A DNA stretch of 40,000 nt from Marinobacter piscensis (GTDB taxonomy: Bacteria > Pseudomonadota > Gammaproteobacteria > Pseudomonadales > Oleiphilaceae). A program made the position numbers and the translations under genes. Where the stretch lies: contig NZ_VCGX01000001.1 in NCBI RefSeq assembly GCF_007671655.1, positions 613,917 through 653,916 on the forward strand, read 5' to 3'. A model generated the notes under the pieces. It searched no databases and was not told where the DNA came from. It saw only the letters and a list, made by a program, of their open reading frames with translations. Shown here in pieces: positions 28,675 through 38,020 of the stretch (its first letter is position 1; every line of letters starts with the position of its first letter).

Positions 28675-30021
28675 TCAGTGTTTCAATGTTGTTTCCATTG
28701 CCTGCGCAATCGCGAGTAACGCACTGTCTGACCCATTACGGCCCATCAGCATCAGGCCGCTGGGCAGCGCACCTTTTTGATGGTTCGGAAGTGTTATGGC
28801 ACACAGATCAAGCAGATTTGCCACAGAGGTATTGCGCAGAACCAGACGATTCATGAGAGCGTAATCCAGATCACTCTCCAGGTCGGCGATCAGGGGCGGC
28901 TCCACAGCGACCGTCGGGGCCAGCACTCCGTCAAAGGCGCTCAGCCATTCATCAGCCTGCTGTTTACGCACGGCCCGGCTGTGCAGGAGCTCAAGGTAAT
29001 CCGCAGCACTGATCCCCGCTCCCACTTCGATACGCAGGCGCACCCGCCGATCGTATTGATCTCCGTACTGCTGCAGCCAGTGCCGGTGAACATAGTAGCT
29101 TTCAGCCGCTGATATGCCCCCGGTTTCCATGCGGTCCGGCGTGGCCTCCAACGCTGGCATCGGGGCTTCCACAATCTGAGCTCCGCTGTCCCGCAACAGG
29201 CGCAGGCTGTTGGTAAAGGCCTCGGCGACCCCCGGAGACAGCTCGTCCATCATATAATTCGTGGGTACTACAAAGCGCCGGCCCCGCAAATCTGCGTTAG
29301 GCGCTTTCTGCCAGGTCTGCCCCGCCATCACCGCATCCAGGCGCGCACAACACTCAACGCTGTGGGCAATGGGGCCGATGGAGTCAAAGCTCTGGGACAG
29401 AGGAAAGGTACCATCACGGGGGATGCGTTGCTGGGACGGTTTAAAGCCCACAAGACCACAAAAGGCCGCTGGAATGCGAACAGACCCGCCGGTGTCCGTG
29501 CCAATAGCGGCGGCGGCCATACCTTGTGCGACGGCCGCCGCCGCGCCGGATGAGGAGCCGCCGGAAATACGCCCGGGCGCAGACGGATTGGCTGGCGTGC
29601 CGTAATGCGGGTTAAGCCCGAGCCCTGAGTAGGCAAACTCGGTCATGTTGGTGTGGCCGGTAATAACAGCACCGGCCCGGCGCAGGCGGGACACGATCAG
29701 CGCATCGCTCTGCGCTTGCTGACGCCACCAACTGGAGCCCGAGTGGGTCACTTCACCGGCCACATCAAACAGAACCTTGAGAGCGATTGTTAGCCCTGCA
29801 AGCTCGCCCAAAGGCACCCCACCCTGCTGAAGCGCATCAATGGCGGCGGCTTCTGCTTTCGCAGTACGGTCAAAGCGTGCTGTGTACACCTGGTTGTCCG
29901 GGTCATCCTTTTGGTCAATAGCGCTCAGGCATAAATTCAGTAGTTCGCTGGCGCGCCATTTATTCTGTTGTAACCCGGCGATCAGGGACGATAGAGTTGT
30001 CTCTGTCATTTTCAAAGGCAT
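28675..30021 (-). CDS. Amidase-signature family amidase
   Basis: GGSSSGAAAAVAQGMAAAAIGTDTGGSVRIPAAFCG is the amidase signature. Its ATG overlaps the stop of the upstream BCCT gene (TGATG). Confidence 0.85.
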   Translation of the reverse strand: MPLKMTETTLSSLIAGLQQNKWRASELLNLCLSAIDQKDDPDNQVYTARFDRTAKAEAAAIDALQQGGVPLGELAGLTIALKVLFDVAGEVTHSGSSWWRQQAQSDALIVSRLRRAGAVITGHTNMTEFAYSGLGLNPHYGTPANPSAPGRISGGSSSGAAAAVAQGMAAAAIGTDTGGSVRIPAAFCGLVGFKPSQQRIPRDGTFPLSQSFDSIGPIAHSVECCARLDAVMAGQTWQKAPNADLRGRRFVVPTNYMMDELSPGVAEAFTNSLRLLRDSGAQIVEAPMPALEATPDRMETGGISAAESYYVHRHWLQQYGDQYDRRVRLRIEVGAGISAADYLELLHSRAVRKQQADEWLSAFDGVLAPTVAVEPPLIADLESDLDYALMNRLVLRNTSVANLLDLCAITLPNHQKGALPSGLMLMGRNGSDSALLAIAQAMETTLKH

Positions 30022-31661
30022 CACGGGGTCCCCTCCTCATTAGTGCTTGTTTTATAGGCTGACTGCGGCTCGGGGAGCCCTTCTTTCTCCAGTTGCTCGG
30101 CTTTCTCCCGGTCATGCTCTTCCAGCATCTGAATCATGCGCCCACGGGTCACTGCCTCTCGAAGCTCTTTCTGTCGCTGTTCCTTGCTCAGTGACCGCAG
30201 CAGCGATATCGCCATAAAGACCATCAACACCATAAACGGAAATGCCGCCAGGATGGATATTGTCTGTAGTGCTTCCAGGCCACCACTGACCAAAAGCACT
30301 CCGGCAACGAGCACCTGAACCAGACCCCAGGCAACCCGGAGCCAGCGTTTAGGTGTCAGCGTACCCTTACTGGTAAACATACCCAGAACAAAGGTTGCGG
30401 AGTTGGCTGAAGTGATAACAAACAGGACAATCAATACCAGCATCAGGGCACTGATGGTGGACGCTCCGGGCAAGTATTCCAGAGTTACAAACAGGGCCGA
30501 ACTCATTTCCCGAATGACGGCTTCACCCAGAGGCGCACCTTCAAACATTTCGAAGTACAGGGCCGAGCCGCCAAAAGTGGAGAACCAGAGAATACTCAGC
30601 AACACCGGTGTGCCAATAACCCCCAGGATAAACTCACGAATGGTTCTGCCTCGGGAAATACGGGCAATAAAGCTGCCGACAAATGGCGCCCAGGACAGCC
30701 CCCACGCCCAATAGAATATGGTCCAGCGCTCAACCCAGTCATCGCCGGTGTAGGGAGTCATCACCAGGCTCATGCCCATCATGTTGGAGAAATAGTCCCC
30801 AATGGCGTTGGTCATGGCCGCCGTGATGAAGTCAGTGGGGCCCAAAAAGAACACGAAAACAAGCAGGAAGGCTGCCAGCACCATGTTGGCGTCACTGATA
30901 TAACGCACGCCACTTTCCAGTGGGGCCAAGGCACAGAGCAGGAACACCACGGCGATCGCCCCCAGAATCATTAACTGCTGGTTGGCACCGAAGCTCATAT
31001 CAGCTACGGACACCAGCCCGCTGTTGATCTGGATAACCCCGAGCCCCAGCGTGGTAGCAACACCAAATACCGTAGACACCACCGCAAGGGTGTTGATGCC
31101 ATGACCAATGCCGCCGTCTACACGATTGCCAAGGGACACGCGGAAGGCTTCACTGATCAGGCCGGGGCGCTCCAGGCGAAAACGTACGTAGGCAATGGCA
31201 AGCCCCACCACTGCAAAGTTGGCCCACTGATGAAAGCCCCAGTGGAACAGCGAATAACGCATGGCAAGACTGGCGGCATCAGGGCTTTCTGCCTCCGCCG
31301 CGCCAAATGGAGGTGCCATGAAGTGGCTCATGGGTTCTGCGACTGCCCAGAAAACCAGGCCAACCCCCATACCGGAGGAAAAGATCATCCCGAGCCAGGT
31401 CAGGTAGGGGAATTCAGGCGCCTCACCGTCCGCCCCCAGGCGGATTTTTCCGTAATCGCTCAGAGCTATCGCAACGCAGAACACCAGAAAACCGGTTGTG
31501 GCAAACAGGTAGAGCCAGCCAAAATGGACCGTTGTGAACTCCAGCCCGACATCGCCCCACAGAGTGAGCTCTTCCGGAAGAAAAACTCCCACCACGACAA
31601 ACACTGCCAATAGAATGACCGACAGGTAAAATACCCAGCCAGGCGATGTAGTCCTTCCCAA
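30021..31661 (-). CDS. BCCT-family (betaine/carnitine/choline) transporter
   Basis: WTIFYWAWGLSWAPFVGSFIARISRGRTIREF is the BCCT signature. A TTG start at 31661 is preceded by AGGAGG at 8 nt. Confidence 0.85.
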   Translation of the reverse strand: MGRTTSPGWVFYLSVILLAVFVVVGVFLPEELTLWGDVGLEFTTVHFGWLYLFATTGFLVFCVAIALSDYGKIRLGADGEAPEFPYLTWLGMIFSSGMGVGLVFWAVAEPMSHFMAPPFGAAEAESPDAASLAMRYSLFHWGFHQWANFAVVGLAIAYVRFRLERPGLISEAFRVSLGNRVDGGIGHGINTLAVVSTVFGVATTLGLGVIQINSGLVSVADMSFGANQQLMILGAIAVVFLLCALAPLESGVRYISDANMVLAAFLLVFVFFLGPTDFITAAMTNAIGDYFSNMMGMSLVMTPYTGDDWVERWTIFYWAWGLSWAPFVGSFIARISRGRTIREFILGVIGTPVLLSILWFSTFGGSALYFEMFEGAPLGEAVIREMSSALFVTLEYLPGASTISALMLVLIVLFVITSANSATFVLGMFTSKGTLTPKRWLRVAWGLVQVLVAGVLLVSGGLEALQTISILAAFPFMVLMVFMAISLLRSLSKEQRQKELREAVTRGRMIQMLEEHDREKAEQLEKEGLPEPQSAYKTSTNEEGTP

Positions 31662-31917
31662 TTTTCTGGCCTCCTTTGCTTCAGTCCGGTTTCAGTTGGG
31701 CTAGTGCGAAGCGATGTTGGTCGGATGGGTAGTGATCCCAATACCCGCCCCAACAAAGCACAGTGTACTTCCGATATCTGGCACCTCCAAAATACGACTG
31801 AAAGAAACCCCTGTTTATTGGCCAAAGCGGAAGTGAGGGTTTTGGAGAAAATAGTGCTTGCCGAATAACCGACACGCAATGTACTTACCTCATCGTGCGC
31901 GGCTTAACGACCAACAG

Positions 31918-33087
31918 CTAAGCAGTGAGCCGAGCTTTCTGCCCCCGGTTTACAATTATCCGATGCCCCTCATATACCCCCAGAGCCAGTATCGTAAAAC
32001 CGGCCGCGACCATACTCAGATACTCGCTGCCAAATATTTGAGATACATGCTTTCCAATAGACGCAGAAAGCGAAACTCCCAGATATATAGCTGAAGTATT
32101 CAGCCCCAAAACAATGGATGCGCTAGACGGCGCTGCTTTCACCAACTGGTGCTGCAGTGGCACCAGACAGCTCCACGCAATCGCCCCCCAAACGGCAAGT
32201 GGAAAAACCGATACTAAAGGAGAATAAGTAAGCACTGGCAACAGTAAGAAGTTGAGGCTTAGAACCGTGAGCCCGCCAACAATAATTGGTCTCGCACCCC
32301 ATCGGTCGGTCAGCCTTCCCGCGGTAAAGGTTCCAATTGTGGCCGCAATGCCCCAAGCCGCCATTAAAAGAGCCAATGTCTCACCCCTTCCATTAGTCGC
32401 GGGCATAAGAATGACACTGGCATAGGTATGAACGATGTAGGATCCGATCATTAAAAGCAGTGTCGTTCCCAACACGCCCAATACAGCCGGCTTCGTCACA
32501 GAGGCCAACAAATCCTTGGGTCTCTTCTTTGTATCCGGTCTTGGCATGGCCTCTAGTAAAGTACCAATCCCAATAGCCGCTGCAACGGCTAGTGCAGCGA
32601 CAAGCCACATGCCCAGCCGCCAGTCACAAAAACTCGTTGAGAGAGCAATTCCCACCGGTGCTCCAATTGCGGTTGACGCACTCAGACCGGCTGTAATGAT
32701 AGCCAATGAACGCCCCCAATGCTCCTGTGAGACTATCGCGGTCGCCGCTGCTCCGGCAATTGGCATAAACAGTGCCCCGCCCAAGCCTCCAAGCGCACGA
32801 CCCGCAACCGCCACTTCCAGACTTGGCGCCACCGCTGAGACCATATGGCCTGCGGCAAGAATGCTCATGCCCACCACCAGTATGGGCTTATAAGGCAAAT
32901 TCACCATCAGAGTTGCTGCGATTGGTATCACCAAAGCATAAGCTACGGCGAACGCGGCGATCATACTCGCCGCATCACCAACACTGATATTAAAACTGGC
33001 TGCCATCTCTGGCAGAAGGCCTGCCATAATGAAACTGGCCGTGCCAATGGAAAACATTCCTAAAGCCAGGATGAGCAATCTGTTCAT
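31918..33087 (-). CDS. MFS transporter
   Basis: 389 aa with about 12 hydrophobic helices, typical of the MFS N/C-half organisation. Confidence 0.8.
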   Translation of the reverse strand: MNRLLILALGMFSIGTASFIMAGLLPEMAASFNISVGDAASMIAAFAVAYALVIPIAATLMVNLPYKPILVVGMSILAAGHMVSAVAPSLEVAVAGRALGGLGGALFMPIAGAAATAIVSQEHWGRSLAIITAGLSASTAIGAPVGIALSTSFCDWRLGMWLVAALAVAAAIGIGTLLEAMPRPDTKKRPKDLLASVTKPAVLGVLGTTLLLMIGSYIVHTYASVILMPATNGRGETLALLMAAWGIAATIGTFTAGRLTDRWGARPIIVGGLTVLSLNFLLLPVLTYSPLVSVFPLAVWGAIAWSCLVPLQHQLVKAAPSSASIVLGLNTSAIYLGVSLSASIGKHVSQIFGSEYLSMVAAGFTILALGVYEGHRIIVNRGQKARLTA

Positions 33088-33245
33088 CGGTTCTTCAAAC
33101 GCCTGTTACAAGATATCACTCCGCATCGTCATATTTCATGACAGCTGAACGAAAGCTCAAGCACTTGCGTCTCCTCAGAACTACGACCTGTTCGGAAGAG
33201 AGAGGCTTCATAGCGGAGCTAGATAAATTCGGTCGTCGTTTTCCG

Positions 33246-33717
33246 TTATTTCAGCAACGCCAGAATCTCGTGCGCGGCGGCAGCGGATGAGGCAGGGTTC
33301 TGGCCGGTGACGAGCTTGCCGTCCCGCAGTACAAAGCTGGCCCAATCAGCGCCTTTCGCATAATTGCCACCATTGGCTTTGAGCATATCCTCGACCAGGA
33401 AGGGCACAACGTTGGTCAGGCCAACAGCCTCTTCTTCTGTGTTGGTGAAGCCTGTCACTCGTCGCCCTGAGACTAAAGGCTTGCCATCTGTACCTTGAGT
33501 GTGGCGGAATACGACGGGTGTCGTCGGTTTGCGCTTCCAGACTATCGCTGGACGGATCAATGGGTGGTTGCCCACCCTTGGGCGTGGCCAAAGTAATATC
33601 CGCACCGGCATCCTTGAAGACGTAATAGGGCGCGGCAAACTCCTCCAGCCAAAAGCCGGTCTTCCTGCCGCTATCGCCCATCTCATCGTGCGATGTCAGT
33701 ACCATTAAAATCTTCAT
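33246..33717 (-). pseudogene. DJ-1/PfpI (type 1 glutamine amidotransferase-like) gene with an internal deletion and frameshift
   Basis: The N-terminus MKILMVLTSHDEMGDSGRKTGFWLEEFAAPYYVFKDAGADITLATPKGGQPPIDP... is in one frame (from 33717). The C-terminus ...DGKPLVSGRRVTGFTNTEEEAVGLTNVVPFLVEDMLKANGG...LVTGQNPASS... is in another (to 33246). The total of 472 nt is too short for the roughly 225-aa family, and the nucleophile-elbow Cys region is absent. Confidence 0.6.
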
Positions 33718-33726
33718 GTATTTTCC

Positions 33727-34323
33727 TTAAATTGACTGCATGGTTAGCACTTTGTTATCCCACTTTTCATCATCTACTGCCTCGGCCAAAACTGCGGCGA
33801 CATCGCCTCTCGCAGCGATTCCATCAACATCAACTGAATCGCCAAAACGCATGTTCCTGGTCCCGCTTTCATCGGTCAGCCTAACCGGACGAACGATGGC
33901 ATAGCTCAGGCCAGAAGCTGTCAAGTGTTCGTCAGCGTCATGTTTGGCCTGAAGGTAATGTGCGAGCTTATGTTCAGGGTCGGGTTTGTCCGCGCCCACA
34001 CTACTCAACATAACGAAACGGGATATCTTTGATTTCGCTGCTATATCAACGAGACGCTGCGCGCCATCACGGTCAACCTTATCGGTCATATCAGCACCCG
34101 TGTGGCTGCCAGAACCTGCGGCAAAGATAACAGCGTCACAACCCTCACAGACATCTTCTTGCAGGTCGGTCAAATCGCCATAGCGCAGTTCAACATCAGA
34201 CGGCAGTGTAGTCGTGTCGGAACTTTCACGAACCAACGCAATCGGGTAATGGCCACGAGATTTAAGTTCATCAATCAAGCGAAGCCCTGTTTTTCCGGTA
34301 GCTCCAGCGACAAGAACTTTCAT
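33727..34323 (-). CDS. NAD(P)-binding NmrA/SDR-a5-like oxidoreductase
   Basis: MKVLVAGATGKTGLRLIDEL... is a Rossmann GxxGxxG. ATG at 34323 after GGAGAAG; an alternative ATG lies at 34335. Confidence 0.75.
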   Translation of the reverse strand: MKVLVAGATGKTGLRLIDELKSRGHYPIALVRESSDTTTLPSDVELRYGDLTDLQEDVCEGCDAVIFAAGSGSHTGADMTDKVDRDGAQRLVDIAAKSKISRFVMLSSVGADKPDPEHKLAHYLQAKHDADEHLTASGLSYAIVRPVRLTDESGTRNMRFGDSVDVDGIAARGDVAAVLAEAVDDEKWDNKVLTMQSI

Positions 34324-34413
34324 TATCTTCTCCATTATTTCGAGTTAAGGATTCATGATTTACCGGCAAAAAAGACTACGCCGGCACCATAAGCACCTGC
34401 ATGCGCTTCAGTG

Positions 34414-35448
34414 TTAGTCTTGGCCAACCCGGATCACGCGCTTGCCAAAGTTTTCACCATTGAGCAAACCAATGAACGCTTCCGGCGCATTTTGCAGGCC
34501 ATCGATAACCTCTTCACGATATTTGATCTTCCCGCTTTCCACCCAAGCCCCCATCTGTTCGGCGAAATCCGGGTATAGGTGACCGAAACTGTCAAAGATG
34601 ATGAATCCCTGCACCTTGACCTTGTTCCGCAGAATCTGTCCCATCAACCAGTTCATGCGGTCCGGTCCGCCGGGCAGTTCAGTAGCATTGTATTGCGAGA
34701 CCAGTCCACACACTGGCACACGCGCATGCGGATTCAAAAGTGGGATCACCGCATCAAGAACCTTACCGCCCACATTTTCGAAATAGACATCGATACCGTC
34801 GGGGCTAGCCTTGGCAAGCTGGTCTGCAAAGTCTTCTGCTTTGTGATCAATGCATGCGTCGAAGCCCAGTTCGTCGACCGCGTAGGCGCACTTGTCTGGA
34901 CCGCCTGCGACACCCACAACACGGCAGCCCAGCAGTTTGCCAATTTGACCTACGGTTGCACCGACCGGCCCCGTCGCCGCGGCCACCACAATCGTCTCGC
35001 CGGGTTTGGGCTCGCCGATCTGGGTCAGGCCAGCCCAGGCGGTAAACCCAGGCATGCCTAAGATTCCAAGCGCCCAGGATGGGTGCTCTGGCGAATTACC
35101 AAGATTGGTAACCCCTTCGCCATCGGAAAGAGCGTAATCCTGCCAACCATTGAAGCTAAGCACCCAGTCGCCCTCCGCGAAGCCATCAAGCTTCGAAGTA
35201 ATCACTTTGGCAACCGTGCCGCCAACCATCACATCACCCACTTCAACCGGTGCAGCATAAGAAGGCGCATCACTCATTCTGCCGCGCATATACGGGTCGA
35301 GTGACAAGTACTCGGTCCGCAAAAGCATCTGATTCTCACCGACAGCAGGAATCGCCTCCTCTTCTAACCGTAGAGTGTCCACGGTCGGCTCGCCTTTAGG
35401 GCGTTCCGCCAATACGAGTTTGCGGTTTGCAGTGTCTGTTTGTTTCAT
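34414..35448 (-). CDS. NADP-dependent alkenal/one oxidoreductase (MDR family, YncB/CurA-like)
   Basis: 344 aa; ...ETIVVAAATGPVGATVGQIGKLLGCRVVGVAGG... is typical of the zinc-independent MDR leukotriene-B4-dehydrogenase-like group. Confidence 0.8.
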   Translation of the reverse strand: MKQTDTANRKLVLAERPKGEPTVDTLRLEEEAIPAVGENQMLLRTEYLSLDPYMRGRMSDAPSYAAPVEVGDVMVGGTVAKVITSKLDGFAEGDWVLSFNGWQDYALSDGEGVTNLGNSPEHPSWALGILGMPGFTAWAGLTQIGEPKPGETIVVAAATGPVGATVGQIGKLLGCRVVGVAGGPDKCAYAVDELGFDACIDHKAEDFADQLAKASPDGIDVYFENVGGKVLDAVIPLLNPHARVPVCGLVSQYNATELPGGPDRMNWLMGQILRNKVKVQGFIIFDSFGHLYPDFAEQMGAWVESGKIKYREEVIDGLQNAPEAFIGLLNGENFGKRVIRVGQD

Positions 35449-35460
35449 GCTCGACTCCTC

Positions 35461-36618
35461 CTACAAAGCAGCTTCAAGAATGCGACGGGCGTCATCAGGG
35501 CCGATAGCTTTATTTTCCCCAAGTGCAGTCATCCCGTGTTCCTTTAAAGCACCAACGATGTGATTAATTCCATCAGCATCAACGTCATAGTCGCCTAACC
35601 GGGTCTTGATACCCATCTGTTCGAAGAAATCACGCGTCGCTTCGATCACAGCGTCAATTCGCTCATCGTCAAAACCTTCGCGGATATTCCAGACATTGCT
35701 GGCATACTGAAGAAGCTTCTCACGCTTAACCTCACGCTGATCATTCAACAGTGCAGGCAGCACAACCGCCAGGGTACGGGCGTGATCGGTATCATTCAGT
35801 GCAGTAATCTCGTGCCCGATCATATGAGTAGCCCAATCTTGAGGTACTCCTGCGCCAATAAGCCCGTTCAGAGCCATTGTCGCGGTCCACATCAAATTGG
35901 ATCGAATGTCGTAATCTTCGGGAGTCTCAAGCGCCTTGGGGCCAAGTTCGATCAATGTGCGCAGAAGGGTTTCGGCAAAACCGTCCTGAACTGGCGCGGC
36001 AGCTGGATAGGTCAGATACTGCTCGGTCGTATGAACGAAGGCGTCCACTACACCGTTGGCAATCTGACGCGGTGGCAAGGTATAGGTCACCTCTGGATCT
36101 AACACCGAGAACACCGGGTAGCAATGAACGCTGCTAAACGGCAGTTTTGCCTCTTTTTCTGGATTGGTAATCACCCCGCCGGAGTTCATCTCGGATCCCG
36201 TAGCTGGTAGCGTCAACACAGAGCCAAACGGCACCGCTTGGGTAATGACTGATCCACGTGAGCTGAGAATGTCCCAGGCGTCACCGTCGTACTTTACCGC
36301 CGCCGCAATAAACTTGGTGGCGTCGATGACCGACCCGCCGCCAACGGCAAGCAGGAAAGAGACGGCATTTTCGCGAATCATCTCAACTGCTTTTAGCGTT
36401 GTAGCATAGCGTGGGTTAGGTTCAATACCTCCAAACTCCAGCATTGCCCGGCCAGCAAGAGCTTCGCGTACCTGGTCCAGCACACCCGTACGTTCGGCAC
36501 TGCCACCGCCATATAGAATCAAAACTTTCGCATCAGCGGGAACCTGATCTTTCAGCTCCGCAATGCAGCCTTTACCAAACAGAATTCTGGTAGGGTTGTG
36601 AAAGTTGAAATTTTCCAT
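35461..36618 (-). CDS. Iron-containing alcohol dehydrogenase (YqhD/butanol dehydrogenase-like)
   Basis: 385 aa; ...LLAVGGGSVIDATKFIAAA... and the His-rich metal site ...DWATHMIGHEITAL... Confidence 0.85.
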   Translation of the reverse strand: MENFNFHNPTRILFGKGCIAELKDQVPADAKVLILYGGGSAERTGVLDQVREALAGRAMLEFGGIEPNPRYATTLKAVEMIRENAVSFLLAVGGGSVIDATKFIAAAVKYDGDAWDILSSRGSVITQAVPFGSVLTLPATGSEMNSGGVITNPEKEAKLPFSSVHCYPVFSVLDPEVTYTLPPRQIANGVVDAFVHTTEQYLTYPAAAPVQDGFAETLLRTLIELGPKALETPEDYDIRSNLMWTATMALNGLIGAGVPQDWATHMIGHEITALNDTDHARTLAVVLPALLNDQREVKREKLLQYASNVWNIREGFDDERIDAVIEATRDFFEQMGIKTRLGDYDVDADGINHIVGALKEHGMTALGENKAIGPDDARRILEAAL

Positions 36619-36801
36619 AATCAGTTTCCTTCAGTTTCAATATGTAAGCGGACATCAATATTTCCGCGGGTCGCATTGGGGTATGGGCAAAGCTGGAACC
36701 TATTTATAACCCGGGAACTAATAGACCGGTCACCTATATTCGAGACAAATAAAAACAACAAAATTGTCTTGCTAATCATGTGAATTTCTAGCTTAGTCGC
36801 A

Positions 36802-36828
36802 ACTAGACCAGTCGTCTAGTGTTTTTTT
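36802..36828 (+). terminator. Orphan hairpin plus T-run on the + strand (candidate intrinsic terminator)
   Basis: ACTAGAC-CAGTC-GTCTAGT followed by GTTTTTTT. No annotated + strand gene lies upstream. Confidence 0.3.
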
Positions 36829-36871
36829 GGAATAACCTTGTTCTTTAAGGGCAACACCCTGTAAAAGGCCG

Positions 36872-37999
36872 TTACTCCGCCTCATGAATTCTCGCGGCTC
36901 TGTATTTCAACATGCCGCCGTTTCGACCATTTACCACTGCACTGATCTCTGAGAGGATCGCCATAGCAACGCTCTCTGGTGTGTCTCCCCCAAGATCAAG
37001 ACCAACAGGGTAATAGAGCTTTTCACGAGCCTGAGCAGTTTGTGCATCATCACCAATGTCAGCCAACAGTCGCTCTGTTCGGTACCGAGGCCCCAGCTGC
37101 CCAACATAGCAAGCACCGCTCCTCAGGGCTTTGCTCAACCACCGTGTATCCTGAGTCACGCTATGGGTCATCACGACAACAGCGGCGCCATCTAGCAAGG
37201 AACTCGTGGACAGCGGCTCGTCAACATTCATCACCCGAACATCATCAGCTTCAGGGAAGCGGTGTGCCATCGCGAAGTTTGCCCTTCCGTCTATAACGGT
37301 GACATGCCAGCCTAGAGTTTTCGCCAACCGGACCAGTGGTTGAGCATCATGCCCCGCGCCAAACAGCACAAGCTTTTGAGGTGGCGATACAACTTCCAGG
37401 AACACCTCAACCTCAGCCGCTTGGTCGCTGTATTGATTCAGCGCAGATTTCCCGCTTGCCATTACCTCACGTAAATCGTCGGCAAGCACTTGCTCCAATG
37501 AGCTATCCACCAAACTGCCGTCTAAATTTCCTTCAGGGGGAACTATCAGACGGTCTCCGACAACAAAGGCGGACTCGTCATCCGCCGAGATTACGGTAGC
37601 GATCGCAGCCTTTCGTTTTTCTTCATGAACCATTTTCAGGGTTCGGACAAGTGGAGACGCAGCGGCAGGCAAAATTCTCTCAAACAGCAGAAATATCTTG
37701 CCATCGCAACCGAGACTAAAGTGATAAGAGGATTCGCTTTCTTCACCATCTTCAGCCGTACTATAGCTGCGAACCACCGGGCCATCGGAGGTCAGCCACC
37801 AAGCCTTTTTGATGACATCCTGCTCCAGGCAGCCTCCACTGACCGTTCCTTCAGATTGTCCAAGCGCGGAAATCAACATTCTGGCCCCGGGGCGGCGATA
37901 GGCCGAGCCTTCGACTTTAACAACCGTTGCGAGGACAAATCCCTCGCCCAGGCGCTCCTGCTCGTCGATCGTCTTTATCAACGACACTAATCCCGACAT
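36872..37999 (-). CDS. XdhC/CoxI-family molybdoenzyme maturation factor
   Basis: 375 aa: an N-terminal XdhC_CoxI-like region (...ATVVKVEGSAYRRPGARM...) followed by a Rossmann-like C-terminal domain (...LVLFGAGHDAQPLVRLAKTLGWHVTVID...). Confidence 0.8.
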   Translation of the reverse strand: MSGLVSLIKTIDEQERLGEGFVLATVVKVEGSAYRRPGARMLISALGQSEGTVSGGCLEQDVIKKAWWLTSDGPVVRSYSTAEDGEESESSYHFSLGCDGKIFLLFERILPAAASPLVRTLKMVHEEKRKAAIATVISADDESAFVVGDRLIVPPEGNLDGSLVDSSLEQVLADDLREVMASGKSALNQYSDQAAEVEVFLEVVSPPQKLVLFGAGHDAQPLVRLAKTLGWHVTVIDGRANFAMAHRFPEADDVRVMNVDEPLSTSSLLDGAAVVVMTHSVTQDTRWLSKALRSGACYVGQLGPRYRTERLLADIGDDAQTAQAREKLYYPVGLDLGGDTPESVAMAILSEISAVVNGRNGGMLKYRAARIHEAE

Positions 38000-38020
38000 A
38001 CCTCAACACCCCGTTCACCT

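Noticed and set aside
33246-33717. Two overlapping minus-strand ORFs (146 aa and 123 aa) read as two separate genes.
   Set aside because: They are the C- and N-terminal parts of one DJ-1/PfpI-family gene in different frames, so a single pseudogene is the better call.
36598-36783. 61-aa + strand ORF upstream of the hairpin at 36802, considered as the gene terminated by it.
   Set aside because: It overlaps the start of the alcohol dehydrogenase gene in antisense, has no SD, and has an implausible composition. There is not enough evidence to call it a gene.
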